Made by a program: the position numbers and the translations under genes | Assembly: GCA_963668315.1 (NCBI GenBank) | Contig: OY764216.1 | Coordinates: forward strand, 4,736,001-4,800,000 | DNA from: Spirochaetia bacterium | Lineage (GTDB): Bacteria > Spirochaetota > Spirochaetia > DSM-2461 | DNA length: 64,000 bases | Direction of reading: 5' to 3' | Notes under the pieces: generated by a model | Databases searched by the model: none | The model's input: only the letters and a program-made list of their open reading frames with translations | Told to the model about the DNA's origin: nothing | Shown here: positions 38,921-50,236 of the stretch, piece after piece | How positions within the stretch are numbered: position 1 is the first letter of the stretch | How the letters are laid out: each line of letters begins with the position of its first letter

Positions 38921-40790
38921 TTTTCACCTCCCCTGAACCGCCCTGCTTGCCGAGAAGCACAAGAAGTACGGCGATATCCGACTGGCGTACGCCGGAAATA
39001 CGCGATGCCTGCCCTACGGAACGGGGGCGTATATTCCGGCACTTTTCCAGGGTTTCCTTGGAAAGACCTTCTGTTTTTTCCCAGTCGAAATCCTCGGGAA
39101 TGAGGATATTCTCCATCTTCTTAAAGCGCTGGATCTCCCTCTCCTGCCTCTGGATATACCCTTCATATTTGATATCCAGCTCACTGTGATTCACCGTGGA
39201 CAGGGGAACGGAATCAAGCTCGGGCAGAAAGGGAAGGAAATCTTCCATATGAAGCTCCGGATCCTTCAACGCGGTGTGGAAGGTTTTTCCCATATGATTT
39301 TCCCGGAACCGGTCTCCCGCCTGTTTCTCCAGCACTTCGCGGTTCACCTTTCTTTCTCGGAAGAGTTCCTGAATCATGGCCAGGTCCTTTTCCTTCTGTT
39401 CCAGCCGTTCCCGGGCCAGAGGGGAAAGCAGACCGCAGCGCCGTGCGTGATCGGCCAGACGTATCTGGGCGGCGTCATGGCGAAGGTTCAGCCGATACTC
39501 CGCCCGGGAGGTGAACATACGGTAGGGTTCCTTTGTTCCCAATGTGACCAGATCGTCCACCAGGACACCCATGTAGGCTTCGGCCCGGGACAGGATGAGA
39601 GGTTCCTCCCCTCCCAGGGCGAGACCGGCGTTGATTCCCGCCAGCAGTCCCTGTCCCGCCGCCTCCTCGTACCCTGAGGTACCGTTGGTCTGGCCGGCGA
39701 AATAGAGATTTCCGTGCCGCTTGCTTTCCAGGGTGGCCTTAAGCTGTGTGGGGTCCAGGTAGTCATACTCCACGGCATAACCGGGCCTCATGATCTGGGC
39801 ATGCTCCAGCCCGGGAAGGGTGCGCAGAAAAGCTTCCTGGACCAGTTCGGGGAGGCTGGAGGAGATACCGTTCAGGTAGACCTCTTCCGTATCCAGCCCC
39901 TCGGGCTCCACGAAGATCTGATGCCTTTCCCGGTCGGGAAAACGGACCACCTTATCCTCTATGGAAGGGCAGTACCGGGGACCTATCCCCACGATTTCCC
40001 CCGAATAGAGGGGAGATTTATCCATGTTTTCCCGGATTATCCGGTGAGTCTCTTCGTTGGTAAAAGTGATATGGCAGGGAACCGAAGGGCGGTCCACCGT
40101 CTCCCGGGAAAAGGAAAAGGGCTGAATTACGTCGTCCCCGGGCTGTTCTTCCATTTTCGACCAGTCCAGAGAGGAGGCCCTGACCCTGGCGGGGGTTCCT
40201 GTTTTCATCCGGCCGACCTGGTATCCCAGACGGCGCAGACTGGTTCCCAGACCCACGGCCGCCGGTTCTCCGAGACGCCCGGAAGACTGGCGGAATTCGC
40301 CAATGAAGATTTTACCCTCCATAAAGGTTCCCGTGGTAATTACCGTTTTGCGGGAAGTAAAGCGCCGTCCCCTCTCGGTGACAACCCCCAGACACAGGGT
40401 TCCCGAGTCATCCAGAATCAGGTCGGTCACCGTATCCTGAAAAATCTGCAGATTCTTCTGATTCTCCAGTGTTTTCTTCGCCAGAGCGGAGTAGCGGAAT
40501 TTATCCGCCTGCGCCCGTGGCGCCTGAACGGCCGGTCCCCGGCTCCGGTTCAGTATTCGGAACTGAATAAGGGAATTATCTATTAAATGGGCCATTTCTC
40601 CGCCCAAAGCATCTATCTCGCGAACGATATTTCCCTTGGAAAGTCCCCCGACGGCAGGATTGCAGGAAAGTTTTCCTATGCAGTCCAGACTCTGGGTTAT
40701 AACCAGAGTCTCATAGCCCAACCGGGCCAGGGCCAGGGAAGCCTCTATGCCGGCATGGCCGGCCCCCACGACTATCGCATCAAAATCCAT
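38913..40790 (-). CDS. mnmG: tRNA uridine-5-carboxymethylaminomethyl modification enzyme MnmG/GidA
   Basis: [46 protein letters not shown]. Confidence 0.97.
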   Translation of the reverse strand: MDFDAIVVGAGHAGIEASLALARLGYETLVITQSLDCIGKLSCNPAVGGLSKGNIVREIDALGGEMAHLIDNSLIQFRILNRSRGPAVQAPRAQADKFRYSALAKKTLENQKNLQIFQDTVTDLILDDSGTLCLGVVTERGRRFTSRKTVITTGTFMEGKIFIGEFRQSSGRLGEPAAVGLGTSLRRLGYQVGRMKTGTPARVRASSLDWSKMEEQPGDDVIQPFSFSRETVDRPSVPCHITFTNEETHRIIRENMDKSPLYSGEIVGIGPRYCPSIEDKVVRFPDRERHQIFVEPEGLDTEEVYLNGISSSLPELVQEAFLRTLPGLEHAQIMRPGYAVEYDYLDPTQLKATLESKRHGNLYFAGQTNGTSGYEEAAGQGLLAGINAGLALGGEEPLILSRAEAYMGVLVDDLVTLGTKEPYRMFTSRAEYRLNLRHDAAQIRLADHARRCGLLSPLARERLEQKEKDLAMIQELFRERKVNREVLEKQAGDRFRENHMGKTFHTALKDPELHMEDFLPFLPELDSVPLSTVNHSELDIKYEGYIQRQEREIQRFKKMENILIPEDFDWEKTEGLSKETLEKCRNIRPRSVGQASRISGVRQSDIAVLLVLLGKQGGSGEVKNG

Positions 40791-40835
40791 GGTAACTCCT
40801 CAGTGTGGCCCTCCGAAGGCAAAGGCACCTATATC

Positions 40836-42206
40836 CTACTTGCCCACGCAGAAACGGGAAAACATGGTTTCCAGAATATCTTCGGTTCCCACTTCGCCGG
40901 TTATCTCGCCCAGGGAATTCAGGGCGTTTCTCAAATCCTCCGAAAGGATATCCATCGGAAGGTTTTCTTCCAGACCGCTTACAAACCGTTCCAGACTCCG
41001 GTCCGCCTCTTCCAGAAGCTCCTTCTGCCTGAGTGAATCGATAACCGCGCCCTGGGCGGGGATTTTCCCTTCCAGAAGCCGCTCGCCCACCGCCTTTTCC
41101 AGAGCCTCGAACCCTTCGGATGTCACGGCGCTCAGCGGCAGAAATCCCTCGGGAGCGGGACCTTTGGCCAGATCGGCCTTATTCCACAGGGGAATCAAGG
41201 GGACCTTCCCCTTCCGGTCATGCTCTGCGAGGAATAGGCGGTCTTCCCCGGTCAGGCCCCGTTCTCCGTCCACCAGATAGAGAATGATATGGGCCTGGTC
41301 CACAATCTCTCCGGCCCGTCGGATTCCTTCCTTCTCCACCGGATTGTCCGCATCCCGCAGCCCGGCCGTATCGAAAAGCCGGATAGGCACGCCCCCCAGG
41401 GAGATCCACGATTCCAGATAGTCCCGGGTCGTACCGTGCACTTCGGACACGATGGACCGCTCCTCCCGCAGAATCAGGTTAAAAAGGGAAGATTTTCCCG
41501 CATTGGTCTGCCCCGTCAGGACAAGGCGCACCCCGTCCCGGTACATCTGCCCCGTACCGTAGGTGGCCAGCAGCCGCTGGATATGGGCTCTGGCCTCTTC
41601 CAGACGGGTTTTATCAAGTATAACTTTGTCGTCCACCTCATCCTCGGGATAATCCAGGGAGATGGACACGGCGGCCACAAGGGCCAGAAGATGGTCCTTG
41701 ATGCGATTGATTTCCTTCTCGATCGCCCCGGAGAGACGGTTCATAGCCAGGGACTGAGAGGCGGCTGATTTGGCGGAGACAATCTCCTGAACCGCTTCGG
41801 CCCGGGTCAGATCCATCTTGCCGTTCAAAAAAGCCCGGAAGGTAAACTCACCGGGAGAGGCCTGACGGATCCCTTCCCTCTGAAGGAGAGCCAGAATCCC
41901 CTGAATACCGGGAAGGCTGCCGTGGCAGGAAAACTCCACGCTGTCCTGCCCCGTATAACTGCGGGGGGTGCGGAAGACCGAGGCCAGTACTTCGTCCAGA
42001 ACGCGACCGTCCCGGGAATCTATGATTTTACCGTAAACCAGGCTGTTGCCCGGCGCATTGACAAGGGAAATGCCGGGCTTGAAAAATTCAGCGCATTTCT
42101 CAATTATGCCCGGGCCGGAACAGCGGATGACGGCAAGAGCGCTTTCGGCCAGGGGGGTGGCCAGGGCGCCGATCATGTCATCCCTGTTATATGAGTAATT
42201 GTCCAT
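40836..42206 (-). CDS. mnmE: tRNA modification GTPase MnmE
   Basis: GEFTFRAFLNGKMDL, NAGKSSL, GTTRD, DTAGLR, C-terminal FCVGK. Confidence 0.97.
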   Translation of the reverse strand: MDNYSYNRDDMIGALATPLAESALAVIRCSGPGIIEKCAEFFKPGISLVNAPGNSLVYGKIIDSRDGRVLDEVLASVFRTPRSYTGQDSVEFSCHGSLPGIQGILALLQREGIRQASPGEFTFRAFLNGKMDLTRAEAVQEIVSAKSAASQSLAMNRLSGAIEKEINRIKDHLLALVAAVSISLDYPEDEVDDKVILDKTRLEEARAHIQRLLATYGTGQMYRDGVRLVLTGQTNAGKSSLFNLILREERSIVSEVHGTTRDYLESWISLGGVPIRLFDTAGLRDADNPVEKEGIRRAGEIVDQAHIILYLVDGERGLTGEDRLFLAEHDRKGKVPLIPLWNKADLAKGPAPEGFLPLSAVTSEGFEALEKAVGERLLEGKIPAQGAVIDSLRQKELLEEADRSLERFVSGLEENLPMDILSEDLRNALNSLGEITGEVGTEDILETMFSRFCVGK

Positions 42207-42222
42207 ATCAGAGTCAAAGCTC

Positions 42223-43671
42223 CTAATTATTATTCAGTTTCAGGCAGGTTTCGGCGATATTCTTTCCCAGCTGGAAAAAAGCGGATCTCACAAGTCCGGT
42301 GGGATCGTTACCCGTCACAGAGCTGCTGATATCCTCGATAACATTCACCCGGTGCTCCCACAGGTCCGCTTCATAAAGAACGGCGCCGGCATTCATCTGG
42401 TATAACTCTCCTTTCTGAGAAAAGTTACGTATGCCCGCCTCACAGAAGAGGATTATATCATAATTGTTGCCGTAATGGGAATTGAACTCGCGCACCATTT
42501 CCAATTCCGACATGCCCCGCAGGGTCTCCAGGTCAAAATCCACCGGTTCCACATGGTAGTCCTGCTCCCTTAACCGATTCAGAACAGCTTCCTCGGTCGT
42601 TTTTGAATCAAGGATTCTCCCGGCCACATCCCGGTCCTCTATAATAACAGCGGTATTCAATACGCGCCGGTCCTGTCTGACCGGGACGTTTTTTTCCAGG
42701 GTGAATCGGCTTAACTGCGATTCCAGCTCCCTTCCGGCGCCCTGTTCAAGGGAGGAAAGATTCTCAAACAAACGGTCATATGTCCCCGGAAGCAGGGAAA
42801 AGAGCACCCTCCCCTGCCCGATTCCCGAAGGAAAGGGAAAGGATAATTCCGCCAGCCCCTCCCTGTCGCTGGGCAGGGATATATGCAGATTTTCCGTCCG
42901 GTTGTCCACCGCAGGGACCGCCATATCCACAGTCCAGGGGATTCTCTGGTTCTCAGCGGCAGCGAGAGGGATACTCACATCATAGGTCCAGGAACGCCGG
43001 GCTCCCAGATATACGGTATCCGGACCGGATATCACCGGCGCATCCGTCATCTCCAGATGGCCGGAAGCGGAACGGAAGGCTTTGCCTCTGAGATAACCGG
43101 CAAGCAGGCCTCCCGTACTCAGCCCCTCCCGGGCCGCCTCCATATCAAAAAGGAAGGCGGAAAAGGGATACCCCCCCTGAGCGGCATCATCCGCCCGGGC
43201 GAGGAGACGGTCAAACTCACTGCTGCCGCTCAAATAGGTCCGCAGCTGATCGCGGTGCTTCTCGTATTCACTGCGGCTGTAGCGGAAACGGACGGCCGCG
43301 GCCAGATTTTCCCCCTCCCGGTACCAGGTGAAATCCTCCGTTTTCCCTCCGGGGATTATCGTCTCCTCCCCCTCAAGAAAAGCCTTGAAAAGAGCCGTCA
43401 GATAATCCCTCTCGTCATGGTAGGAAGAGAAATCCTCCTCGGAGAACCCCATATGCCTGAGGATTTTCCCAGAAAGGTTCTCCGCCAGGTCATCGAGAGC
43501 CTGCTCCTTGTCGGCCCCCCTGCCCACGGCGGTAAAAAGAAGAGAGTCATCATCAATCTTCGTTTCATCATCGACCCAGAAAGGTGCCATGGCGGCCATA
43601 TCATCTCCCGCGCATGAGATGAACATCAGTACGGTAATTATCGTTATCAGAGCAGCCTTAACAATTCGCAT
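42223..43671 (-). CDS. Hypothetical lipoprotein
   Basis: Spirochaetal lipobox MFISC; long ORF co-oriented with its neighbours. Confidence 0.7.
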   Translation of the reverse strand: MRIVKAALITIITVLMFISCAGDDMAAMAPFWVDDETKIDDDSLLFTAVGRGADKEQALDDLAENLSGKILRHMGFSEEDFSSYHDERDYLTALFKAFLEGEETIIPGGKTEDFTWYREGENLAAAVRFRYSRSEYEKHRDQLRTYLSGSSEFDRLLARADDAAQGGYPFSAFLFDMEAAREGLSTGGLLAGYLRGKAFRSASGHLEMTDAPVISGPDTVYLGARRSWTYDVSIPLAAAENQRIPWTVDMAVPAVDNRTENLHISLPSDREGLAELSFPFPSGIGQGRVLFSLLPGTYDRLFENLSSLEQGAGRELESQLSRFTLEKNVPVRQDRRVLNTAVIIEDRDVAGRILDSKTTEEAVLNRLREQDYHVEPVDFDLETLRGMSELEMVREFNSHYGNNYDIILFCEAGIRNFSQKGELYQMNAGAVLYEADLWEHRVNVIEDISSSVTGNDPTGLVRSAFFQLGKNIAETCLKLNNN

Positions 43672-43674
43672 GGC

Positions 43675-45015
43675 CTATCCTTTCCCCCTTGGGGAATCAT
43701 TAAATTCAAAATGGGAAAACCCCCATTCAAGGAGAACTCCCTCGAATGACTGATATCCCGTTCCGTCACTGCCCCAGACGGTATTTCCGCCGGCCGAGTA
43801 CTCCCTGGGAATGACAAGGGACCGGAAGACGTCCTCCCTTTCCAGAATACCGTCAACATACCATCTAATCAAGAGGTCTTTCCCGTGGGGCAATATTTCC
43901 AGAGAAAGCCAGAAGGGGCGGTTATAAAGGTCCTGATCAAAATCACACTTCGACCGGAAAAAACGGTCCGTTTCTGAATGGAAGGAGAGCATAAAACTAT
44001 TCCCCACTCTGAAAAGGTCAAACCCGTAGTCCCCTGTTCCATCGGTAGTCTCGAGGATTTTTACCGTCTCCAGGGCCGAATCATCATCAGGTTTATTCAA
44101 GATGATGCGCATCGCAAGCTTCGAATTTCCTTCGAGCGCCTCCCCCTGGAGAATCTTCCCGTCAAAACGCAGGAAAGAATCTGCACCGAAGATGTACCCG
44201 CTGTCTCCTCTCAGGCAGAAGGGGACAAGAGAATGGGAGCCGAGATAGGAGAGAGCGTCCTTATCCCTCTCACCGATCTGCCTCAGCCCCCTGTCTATGC
44301 GCGTTCCGTCACAATAAAAAAGATGTTCCCACTCCTCCGGTTCCAGGACACCGTCCCTATCGGGGATATCGTTGAAATAGATCTCACAATCGCCGAAGAC
44401 AGGGGATAGCTCCGTTCCATTAAGGGGTTTGCCGGGAAAAAGTTCCGCAGTGAGGGAATAGTTGCCCTTTTCCCCGGGCCCGTAAAAACAGAACCGGTCC
44501 GCCCCTTCCGAGCAGAAACCCTCCTGGAGGATTCTCCCGTCAAGCCTCCACCTGACGTAGGGATTGTCACTCCCGGAATCAAAGGAGCATACCGCCTCTA
44601 CAATGGATCCAGCCATGGGAACGGGAGGATAGTAGAGTATTTCGGGCTCCCCGTAATCCTGTTTCTGAAAAAAAACATCCACCGACTGTATCTGGTCAGA
44701 TTCTCCCCGGGGATAGCAGGAGATCCTCATGATGCCGCTTTGCGCCCCCCCGGGAATGGGGAGAATGACGGGATCATGGCATGTAAAGTGGTTTTCATAG
44801 AGAATGTCCGACTTTTGTTCTATGACGACGGTCACGTCTTTCTCGGCGGAGCGGCTTTTACGGCTTGCGGGAATGAGGGATATTGCATCATCCGAGTGGA
44901 GCCACATACCCTCTCGCGGCAGGGTAAAAAGGACACATTCCTCCGAAAGACAGGAGCACTGGGAAAAGAAAAAAAGAAAAGCAAGACAGGCGAGGGGTAT
45001 AAAACTCTTATTCAT
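43675..45015 (-). CDS. Hypothetical exported/lipoprotein (beta-rich, Ig/LamG-like)
   Basis: Signal-like N-terminus with Cys; WYVDG and beta-strand pattern. Confidence 0.6.
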   Translation of the reverse strand: MNKSFIPLACLAFLFFFSQCSCLSEECVLFTLPREGMWLHSDDAISLIPASRKSRSAEKDVTVVIEQKSDILYENHFTCHDPVILPIPGGAQSGIMRISCYPRGESDQIQSVDVFFQKQDYGEPEILYYPPVPMAGSIVEAVCSFDSGSDNPYVRWRLDGRILQEGFCSEGADRFCFYGPGEKGNYSLTAELFPGKPLNGTELSPVFGDCEIYFNDIPDRDGVLEPEEWEHLFYCDGTRIDRGLRQIGERDKDALSYLGSHSLVPFCLRGDSGYIFGADSFLRFDGKILQGEALEGNSKLAMRIILNKPDDDSALETVKILETTDGTGDYGFDLFRVGNSFMLSFHSETDRFFRSKCDFDQDLYNRPFWLSLEILPHGKDLLIRWYVDGILEREDVFRSLVIPREYSAGGNTVWGSDGTGYQSFEGVLLEWGFSHFEFNDSPRGKG

Positions 45016-45180
45016 AATTTATTAACCAGGCTGCCCTACCTTAATGAATGATGATAAAGAGTAATTTAGTCCCTCGGGTAATAAAAAACCACTTTTTCCT
45101 CTACAAAATGGTAGAAAATGCGGGAGCCCCGAAGGAGTCCGGTCCGGATGAAGAATTTCCTCCACCGGACCGGAGGATAT

Positions 45181-45768
45181 TTACCAGTTTTCTCCCAGAA
45201 TTTCAAAATAGGCCTGAGGATGCCTGCAGGCGGGGCAGAGCTTGGGAGCTTCCTTACCCTCATAGAGGTAGCCGCAGTTAATACAGCGCCAGGTAACAGA
45301 CTCGTCCCTCTTGAAGACCCGGTCGCCCTTCAGATTGGCCGCCAGATCGTTATAGCGTTTTTCGTGCTGTTTTTCAGCTACCATAACCATGCGGAAAAGA
45401 GTGGCGACCTCCTTGAATCCCTCCTCCTCGGCCTTGGCGGCAAAGGCGGGATAAAGATCGGTCCACTCCTCATTTTCTCCGGCGGCGGCGGCATGAAGAT
45501 TCTCCAGAGTCGTACCAACCTTGTCCCCTTCGAATCCGGCGGGAAAGGATGCGGTAATTTCCACGACGCCCCCTTCAAGAAAAGAAAAAAATCTTTCGCC
45601 GTGTTCCTTCTCCTGAGCGGCGGTCTCTTCGAAAATCTGGCTAATCTGAACATAACCCTCTTTCTTGGCCTTGGACGCGAAAAAGGTATACCGATTCCTG
45701 GCCTGAGATTCACCGGCAAAAGCCTTGAGCAGATTTTTTTCCGTTTCCGTTCCTTTAATAGATCCCAT
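45181..45768 (-). CDS. rbr: Rubrerythrin
   Basis: [42 protein letters not shown]. Confidence 0.94.
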   Translation of the reverse strand: MGSIKGTETEKNLLKAFAGESQARNRYTFFASKAKKEGYVQISQIFEETAAQEKEHGERFFSFLEGGVVEITASFPAGFEGDKVGTTLENLHAAAAGENEEWTDLYPAFAAKAEEEGFKEVATLFRMVMVAEKQHEKRYNDLAANLKGDRVFKRDESVTWRCINCGYLYEGKEAPKLCPACRHPQAYFEILGENW

Positions 45769-45918
45769 TCTTTTCTCCTTAATTTGTCGTGATTTCCGGT
45801 AACACAGATTTACCGTTTTCTATTACTGTTCAGTATACAATACTTTTCCCGTTATTTGTAGGATGAACTTTATTTTCATGTTCTTGACATGAATAGTATG
45901 CCGTCATACTATTCCTCC

Positions 45919-46635
45919 ATGACCACCTCTTCCCCCATAACTATCAAGGCTGTCGTATTCGACCTTTTTTCCACCCTGACATCCCTTACCCACCTGCCCG
46001 ACGCACCGGGCAGAAACGCCCACGAGATACTGGGGGTAGACAGAGCCCAGTGGCGTGAGGCCCTTTTCAATGACTCCCGGGATAGGCTGATTGGAACCAT
46101 CCGGCAGCCCGTGGATATAATCAGGGATATCGCCTGGAAAATTAATCCGGCCATTTCCGAGGAAGTCCTGGAAGAAACGGCCCGGGAACGAAGAATCCGT
46201 TTCCGATACTGCCTGGAGCATCCGCCCGAAGGCGTTGTGGACGGGATAAGGAGAATCCGTGAGGCCGGGTTCAAACTGGCCCTGATCAGCAATGCCGATG
46301 CGGTGGAAATCGAGGGCTGGGACGGTTCGGAACTGGGCTCACTCTTCGATCTGGCCCTGTTCTCCTGCCATGAGGGGTATATGAAGCCGGAACAGGAGAT
46401 ATTCCGCCTGTGCCTCGACCGTCTGGGCCTTGAGGGAAAGGAGTGCCTCTACGTGGGTGACGGCGGCAATGACGAGCTCATCGCCTCGGCGCAGGCAGGC
46501 ATGCACGCCGTTCTGACCACTCAGTTTCTCAAGCTGTCCTGGCCGGAGAAAATTAAAGAGCGCCGGGAAACGGTCAGCTATCAGATTGAACACCTTAACG
46601 AAATACTGCCCCTTATCGACAGGCTCTCCCAGTGA
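45919..46635 (+). CDS. HAD-family hydrolase
   Basis: AVVFDLFSTL, ISN, KP..IF, YVGDG..DE; start set from the promoter TTGACA-17-TACTAT-6-ATG. Confidence 0.87.
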   Translation: MTTSSPITIKAVVFDLFSTLTSLTHLPDAPGRNAHEILGVDRAQWREALFNDSRDRLIGTIRQPVDIIRDIAWKINPAISEEVLEETARERRIRFRYCLEHPPEGVVDGIRRIREAGFKLALISNADAVEIEGWDGSELGSLFDLALFSCHEGYMKPEQEIFRLCLDRLGLEGKECLYVGDGGNDELIASAQAGMHAVLTTQFLKLSWPEKIKERRETVSYQIEHLNEILPLIDRLSQ

Positions 46636-48953
46636 CGGAGATCTCCCTCCCGGTCCGGGAATTCATTGAACTGACCGCCCGGGAAGGAGATATGAAAGGG
46701 GGCTTTTTTTCCAACCGGCGAGCCGTTGACGGCACTCTGGGACACAAGAAGGTACAGGCCTCCCGCCCCATCCGCTACGAGAAGGAAAAAAAGGTGGAGA
46801 GGTCCTTCACAAAAAAAGACCTGACCCTCCGTCTGGAAGGACGGATCGACGGGGTGTTCCTCACCGATCCGCTGGAACTGGAAGAGATCAAAACGGTGGA
46901 ACGGGAGTTTCCCGGTTCCTGGGAGGAATCCCCCGTTCTGCACCGCGCCCAGCTCCTCGTCTATGGAGCCCTTGTACGTCCCGAACCGGAAGAATCCCTT
47001 AAGCTGACTCTCACCTATTACCACCTGCGCTCGGAGAAGGAGGAGAGTTATTCCAGGCTGATGAACGGCATGGAGCTCTCCCTCTACCTTGACGATCTCC
47101 TGGATAAATACTTCTCCGCACGGGAACAGAGGGAAAACTGGTTCAGGAAAAGAGACCGGTCCTTCCGAAAACTCTCCTTCCCCTACGGTGCCTTCCGGCC
47201 GGGGCAGAGGGATTTATCCGCCCAAGTGTACCGCGCCGTCCGGGATGAATGCTTCCTGATGATCCAGGCACCCACGGGAACGGGGAAAACAATGGGAACC
47301 CTGTTCCCCGCGGTCAAGGCACTGGGCGAGGACAGGGCGGACCGGATCATCTACCTCACGGCCCGTACCCCGGGGCGGCTCCTTGCCGCCGAAGCGGTCA
47401 AAGATATGGAAAAAGAGGGAGCCGCCCTGCTTACCGTCGTGTTGACGGGAAAGGAGAAAATCTGCCGCACCCCCGATGCCCGGCAGTGCGATCCGGAGTT
47501 CTGCCCCTATGCCGCAGGCTATTATGATAAACTTCCGCAGATTCTTGAGCGTAGGGAGGAGATCCGCTTTTTCGACAGGGATGTCTTTAACAGACTGGCC
47601 GACGAGTGGAATATCTGCCCCTTCGAACTTTCCCTGGACATGGGGCTGGAAGCGGATATTCTGATAGCCGATTACAATCATCTCTTTGATCCCGTCGTGT
47701 CACTCAAGCGCTACTTTGCCCGGCCGGGCGAACGGTATGCCGCCCTTATGGACGAGGTTCACAACCTGCCCGACCGGGGCAGGGACATGTTTACGGCGCG
47801 GCTGGGGAAGGAAGCGATCCTGGAAATCAAACGGAGTCTGAAGAGATCCCATCCTTCCCTTGAGAAATCCCCCCTTCTCCGCTCCCTGGAAGGGATTAAT
47901 CGCCTTCTGCTCGAATACAGGAAAAGATGCGACGAGCGGGCAGACGGCGTCCTGGCGCTTAAGGAGCCGGACAAAAACCTCCTGGACAAGATCCAGAGAT
48001 TCAACCAGCTGGCCGAAGAGAACCTGCGGGAGGATCTTCCCCCGGAAACCTTTTCCCTTCTCATGTCCTTCTATCTGGACACCCGTTTTTTCAGCCGCAT
48101 CGCCGAATTGTACGGTGACCCATTCCGCTTTGTACTGGAGAGCCGGGGAAAAAGGGACTGCGAGGCCGCCCTTCTCTGCCTGCATCCGGCCCCTTTATTA
48201 AAGGAAGGCTTTGAGAAATGCCGGTCCGCCGTGCTCTTTTCCGCCACACTGACCCCCCAGGATTATTTCCGGGAGATACTTCTGGACACGGAGAGGGAAA
48301 TACGCCGGGCCGTAATGGAATCCCCCTTCGATCCCCGGAACTGTCCCGTTCTCATCAGGACGGATATCAACACCCGCTACCGGGGGCGGGAGGAGAGCCT
48401 GGACCAGCTCGTACGGGCCATTCACGGGGGGCGCGTTCAGGGACAGGGTAACCATCTTGTTTTCTTCCCCTCCTATCGCTATCTGGAATCCGCCCGGGAA
48501 CGCTGGACGGAGACCTATCCCCGGGAGGAGGTCCTGGTTCAGACAGGGGGGATGGGGGAAGAGGAGCGGGAAGAGTATCTGGCCCGTTTTTTCAAGGCCC
48601 GGGAGGAGAAAAAGCCCCTTCTGGCCTTTGCCGTCATGGGGGGAATCTTCGGAGAGGGGATAGATCTTCCCGGGGATCTTCTTACCGGAGTAACCGTGGT
48701 GGGCGTGGGCCTTCCGGGAATTGGCCCGGAAAGGGAACTTCTCAAGGAGTACTATGATCAGCGGGGAATGAACGGATTTGATTACGCCTACCGTCTTCCC
48801 GGATGGAACAGGGTACTCCAGGCGGCCGGCCGTCTGATAAGGAAGGAGACGGACCGGGGGATCATACAGCTCATAGACGACCGGTTCGGACACTCCGTCT
48901 ACCGCCGCCTTTATCCCCCTCACTGGTTCATTACCTCGAATCCGCGCTTGTAA
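46632..48953 (+). CDS. DinG/Rad3-family Fe-S DNA helicase with N-terminal PD-(D/E)xK nuclease-like domain
   Basis: GRIDG..EEIKT; QAPTGTGKT; four Cys (KIC..C..C..CPFE); DEVHN; EGIDL; QAAGRLIR..DRG. Confidence 0.9.
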   Translation: MTEISLPVREFIELTAREGDMKGGFFSNRRAVDGTLGHKKVQASRPIRYEKEKKVERSFTKKDLTLRLEGRIDGVFLTDPLELEEIKTVEREFPGSWEESPVLHRAQLLVYGALVRPEPEESLKLTLTYYHLRSEKEESYSRLMNGMELSLYLDDLLDKYFSAREQRENWFRKRDRSFRKLSFPYGAFRPGQRDLSAQVYRAVRDECFLMIQAPTGTGKTMGTLFPAVKALGEDRADRIIYLTARTPGRLLAAEAVKDMEKEGAALLTVVLTGKEKICRTPDARQCDPEFCPYAAGYYDKLPQILERREEIRFFDRDVFNRLADEWNICPFELSLDMGLEADILIADYNHLFDPVVSLKRYFARPGERYAALMDEVHNLPDRGRDMFTARLGKEAILEIKRSLKRSHPSLEKSPLLRSLEGINRLLLEYRKRCDERADGVLALKEPDKNLLDKIQRFNQLAEENLREDLPPETFSLLMSFYLDTRFFSRIAELYGDPFRFVLESRGKRDCEAALLCLHPAPLLKEGFEKCRSAVLFSATLTPQDYFREILLDTEREIRRAVMESPFDPRNCPVLIRTDINTRYRGREESLDQLVRAIHGGRVQGQGNHLVFFPSYRYLESARERWTETYPREEVLVQTGGMGEEEREEYLARFFKAREEKKPLLAFAVMGGIFGEGIDLPGDLLTGVTVVGVGLPGIGPERELLKEYYDQRGMNGFDYAYRLPGWNRVLQAAGRLIRKETDRGIIQLIDDRFGHSVYRRLYPPHWFITSNPRL

Positions 48954-48984
48954 GGTCACCTTTTAGGGGGTATAATACAAACCG

Positions 48985-49914
48985 ATGAACGCTCTTCACC
49001 TTCTCAATGAAGACACCCCCTCCTTTGTTCTGGAAATGATCTTCCAGTTAAAGGTAAAGGACGTCATGACCCGGAGCCTTCTGACGGCAGACAGGCAGAC
49101 CTCCCTGAAAGAGATACAGCAGATGATGAAGCAGAAAGCCGTGACGGGGATTCCCGTGGCGGAGCATAAGAGGCTTTTCGGCATAATCAGCCTGGAAGAT
49201 ATCATCCGCGCCCTGGAAGGGGGCTACATCAATGACCCGGCGGAGAAGCGCATGACGAGGAATCTCATTGTCCTTGAGGAGGACATGCCTCTCTCCTTCG
49301 CCATCAACTACATGGACAAATACCGCTACGGCCGTTTCCCCGTGCTCAACATCAGCAAGGAGCTGGTGGGGATTATCACCAGCCGGGATATTATCAATAA
49401 ACTGCTCGTGCGGATTAATGAGGAGATGACCCAGCTGGAGAACAGCCTGGTCCGGGAGCCGGATCACAGGGTGGACAGCTATCACAAAGCCTATATATGC
49501 CACCGGTTTGACTTTGAAAACGCCGGCCGGGCCAGCACGGAGATAAAGAAATACCTGAAAGGCCTGGGACTGGACAGAAAACTGATCCGGCGGGTTGCCG
49601 TGGCATCCTATGAGCTGGAGATAAATCTGGTTGTCCATTCCCAGGGGGGAACCCTCTACTTCGAAGCGGAAAACGACAGAATACGGCTGACGGCCAACGA
49701 CGAGGGGCCGGGCATAGGTGACGTGGACCTGGTCATGAAAGAGGGGTATTCCACGGCCAACGACTGGATACGCTCCCTCGGATTCGGCGCGGGCATGGGG
49801 CTTCCCAATGTCAAAAGGGTATCCGATTCCTTTTCCATTCAATCCGAACCGGGCAAGGGAACGACCGTCATATCTGAAATAGAACTGAACAAAGGAGAGA
49901 CCGATGACGATTAG
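48985..49914 (+). CDS. CBS-pair domain fused to an RsbT/anti-sigma-type HATPase Ser/Thr kinase
   Basis: KVKDVMT..GIISLEDI..GRFPV..GIITSRDI; AG.AS..IK, YELEINLVVH, DEGPGI, GYSTA, GFGAGMGLPN. Confidence 0.88.
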   Translation: MNALHLLNEDTPSFVLEMIFQLKVKDVMTRSLLTADRQTSLKEIQQMMKQKAVTGIPVAEHKRLFGIISLEDIIRALEGGYINDPAEKRMTRNLIVLEEDMPLSFAINYMDKYRYGRFPVLNISKELVGIITSRDIINKLLVRINEEMTQLENSLVREPDHRVDSYHKAYICHRFDFENAGRASTEIKKYLKGLGLDRKLIRRVAVASYELEINLVVHSQGGTLYFEAENDRIRLTANDEGPGIGDVDLVMKEGYSTANDWIRSLGFGAGMGLPNVKRVSDSFSIQSEPGKGTTVISEIELNKGETDDD

Positions 49915-50233
49915 TGATCTGGAAAAGCAGCTGGGATACGTTCCCCTCTGGGAAGGTTATGAAGAGGGGATCATAGCCGACGGTTACACATCCGACCTGT
50001 TGAGCGATGTGATGGGGAACGCCCCTGACGATTCGGTGCTCATAACCATACAGGCCCATAAGAATACCGTAGCCGTGGCGACTCTGGCGGGAATAAAGGC
50101 TATCGTGCTCTGCAACAACCGCCCCGCCCCTGAGGAGATGATAGAAACGGCCCGGGAGGAGGGAATCGCTCTTTTCCGTACCGCAGACAACCAGTTCACC
50201 GCCTCTTGGAAAATACGGGGTTATCTGGCCTGA
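49904..50233 (+). CDS. DRTGG-like domain protein
   Basis: GYTSDLLSDVM, ITIQAHKNTVAVA. Confidence 0.85.
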   Translation: MTISDLEKQLGYVPLWEGYEEGIIADGYTSDLLSDVMGNAPDDSVLITIQAHKNTVAVATLAGIKAIVLCNNRPAPEEMIETAREEGIALFRTADNQFTASWKIRGYLA

Positions 50234-50236
50234 GAG

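Noticed and set aside
31776..43000. parS site or oriC DnaA-box cluster near parAB/mnmG
   Set aside because: No convincing TGTTTCACGTGAAACA-like palindrome or clustered TTATCCACA boxes found by eye
45138..45174. TCCGGTCCGG/CCGGACCGGA inverted repeat as a mobile-element end
   Set aside because: Single hairpin right after the rbr stop; most simply a 3' stabilising or terminator stem
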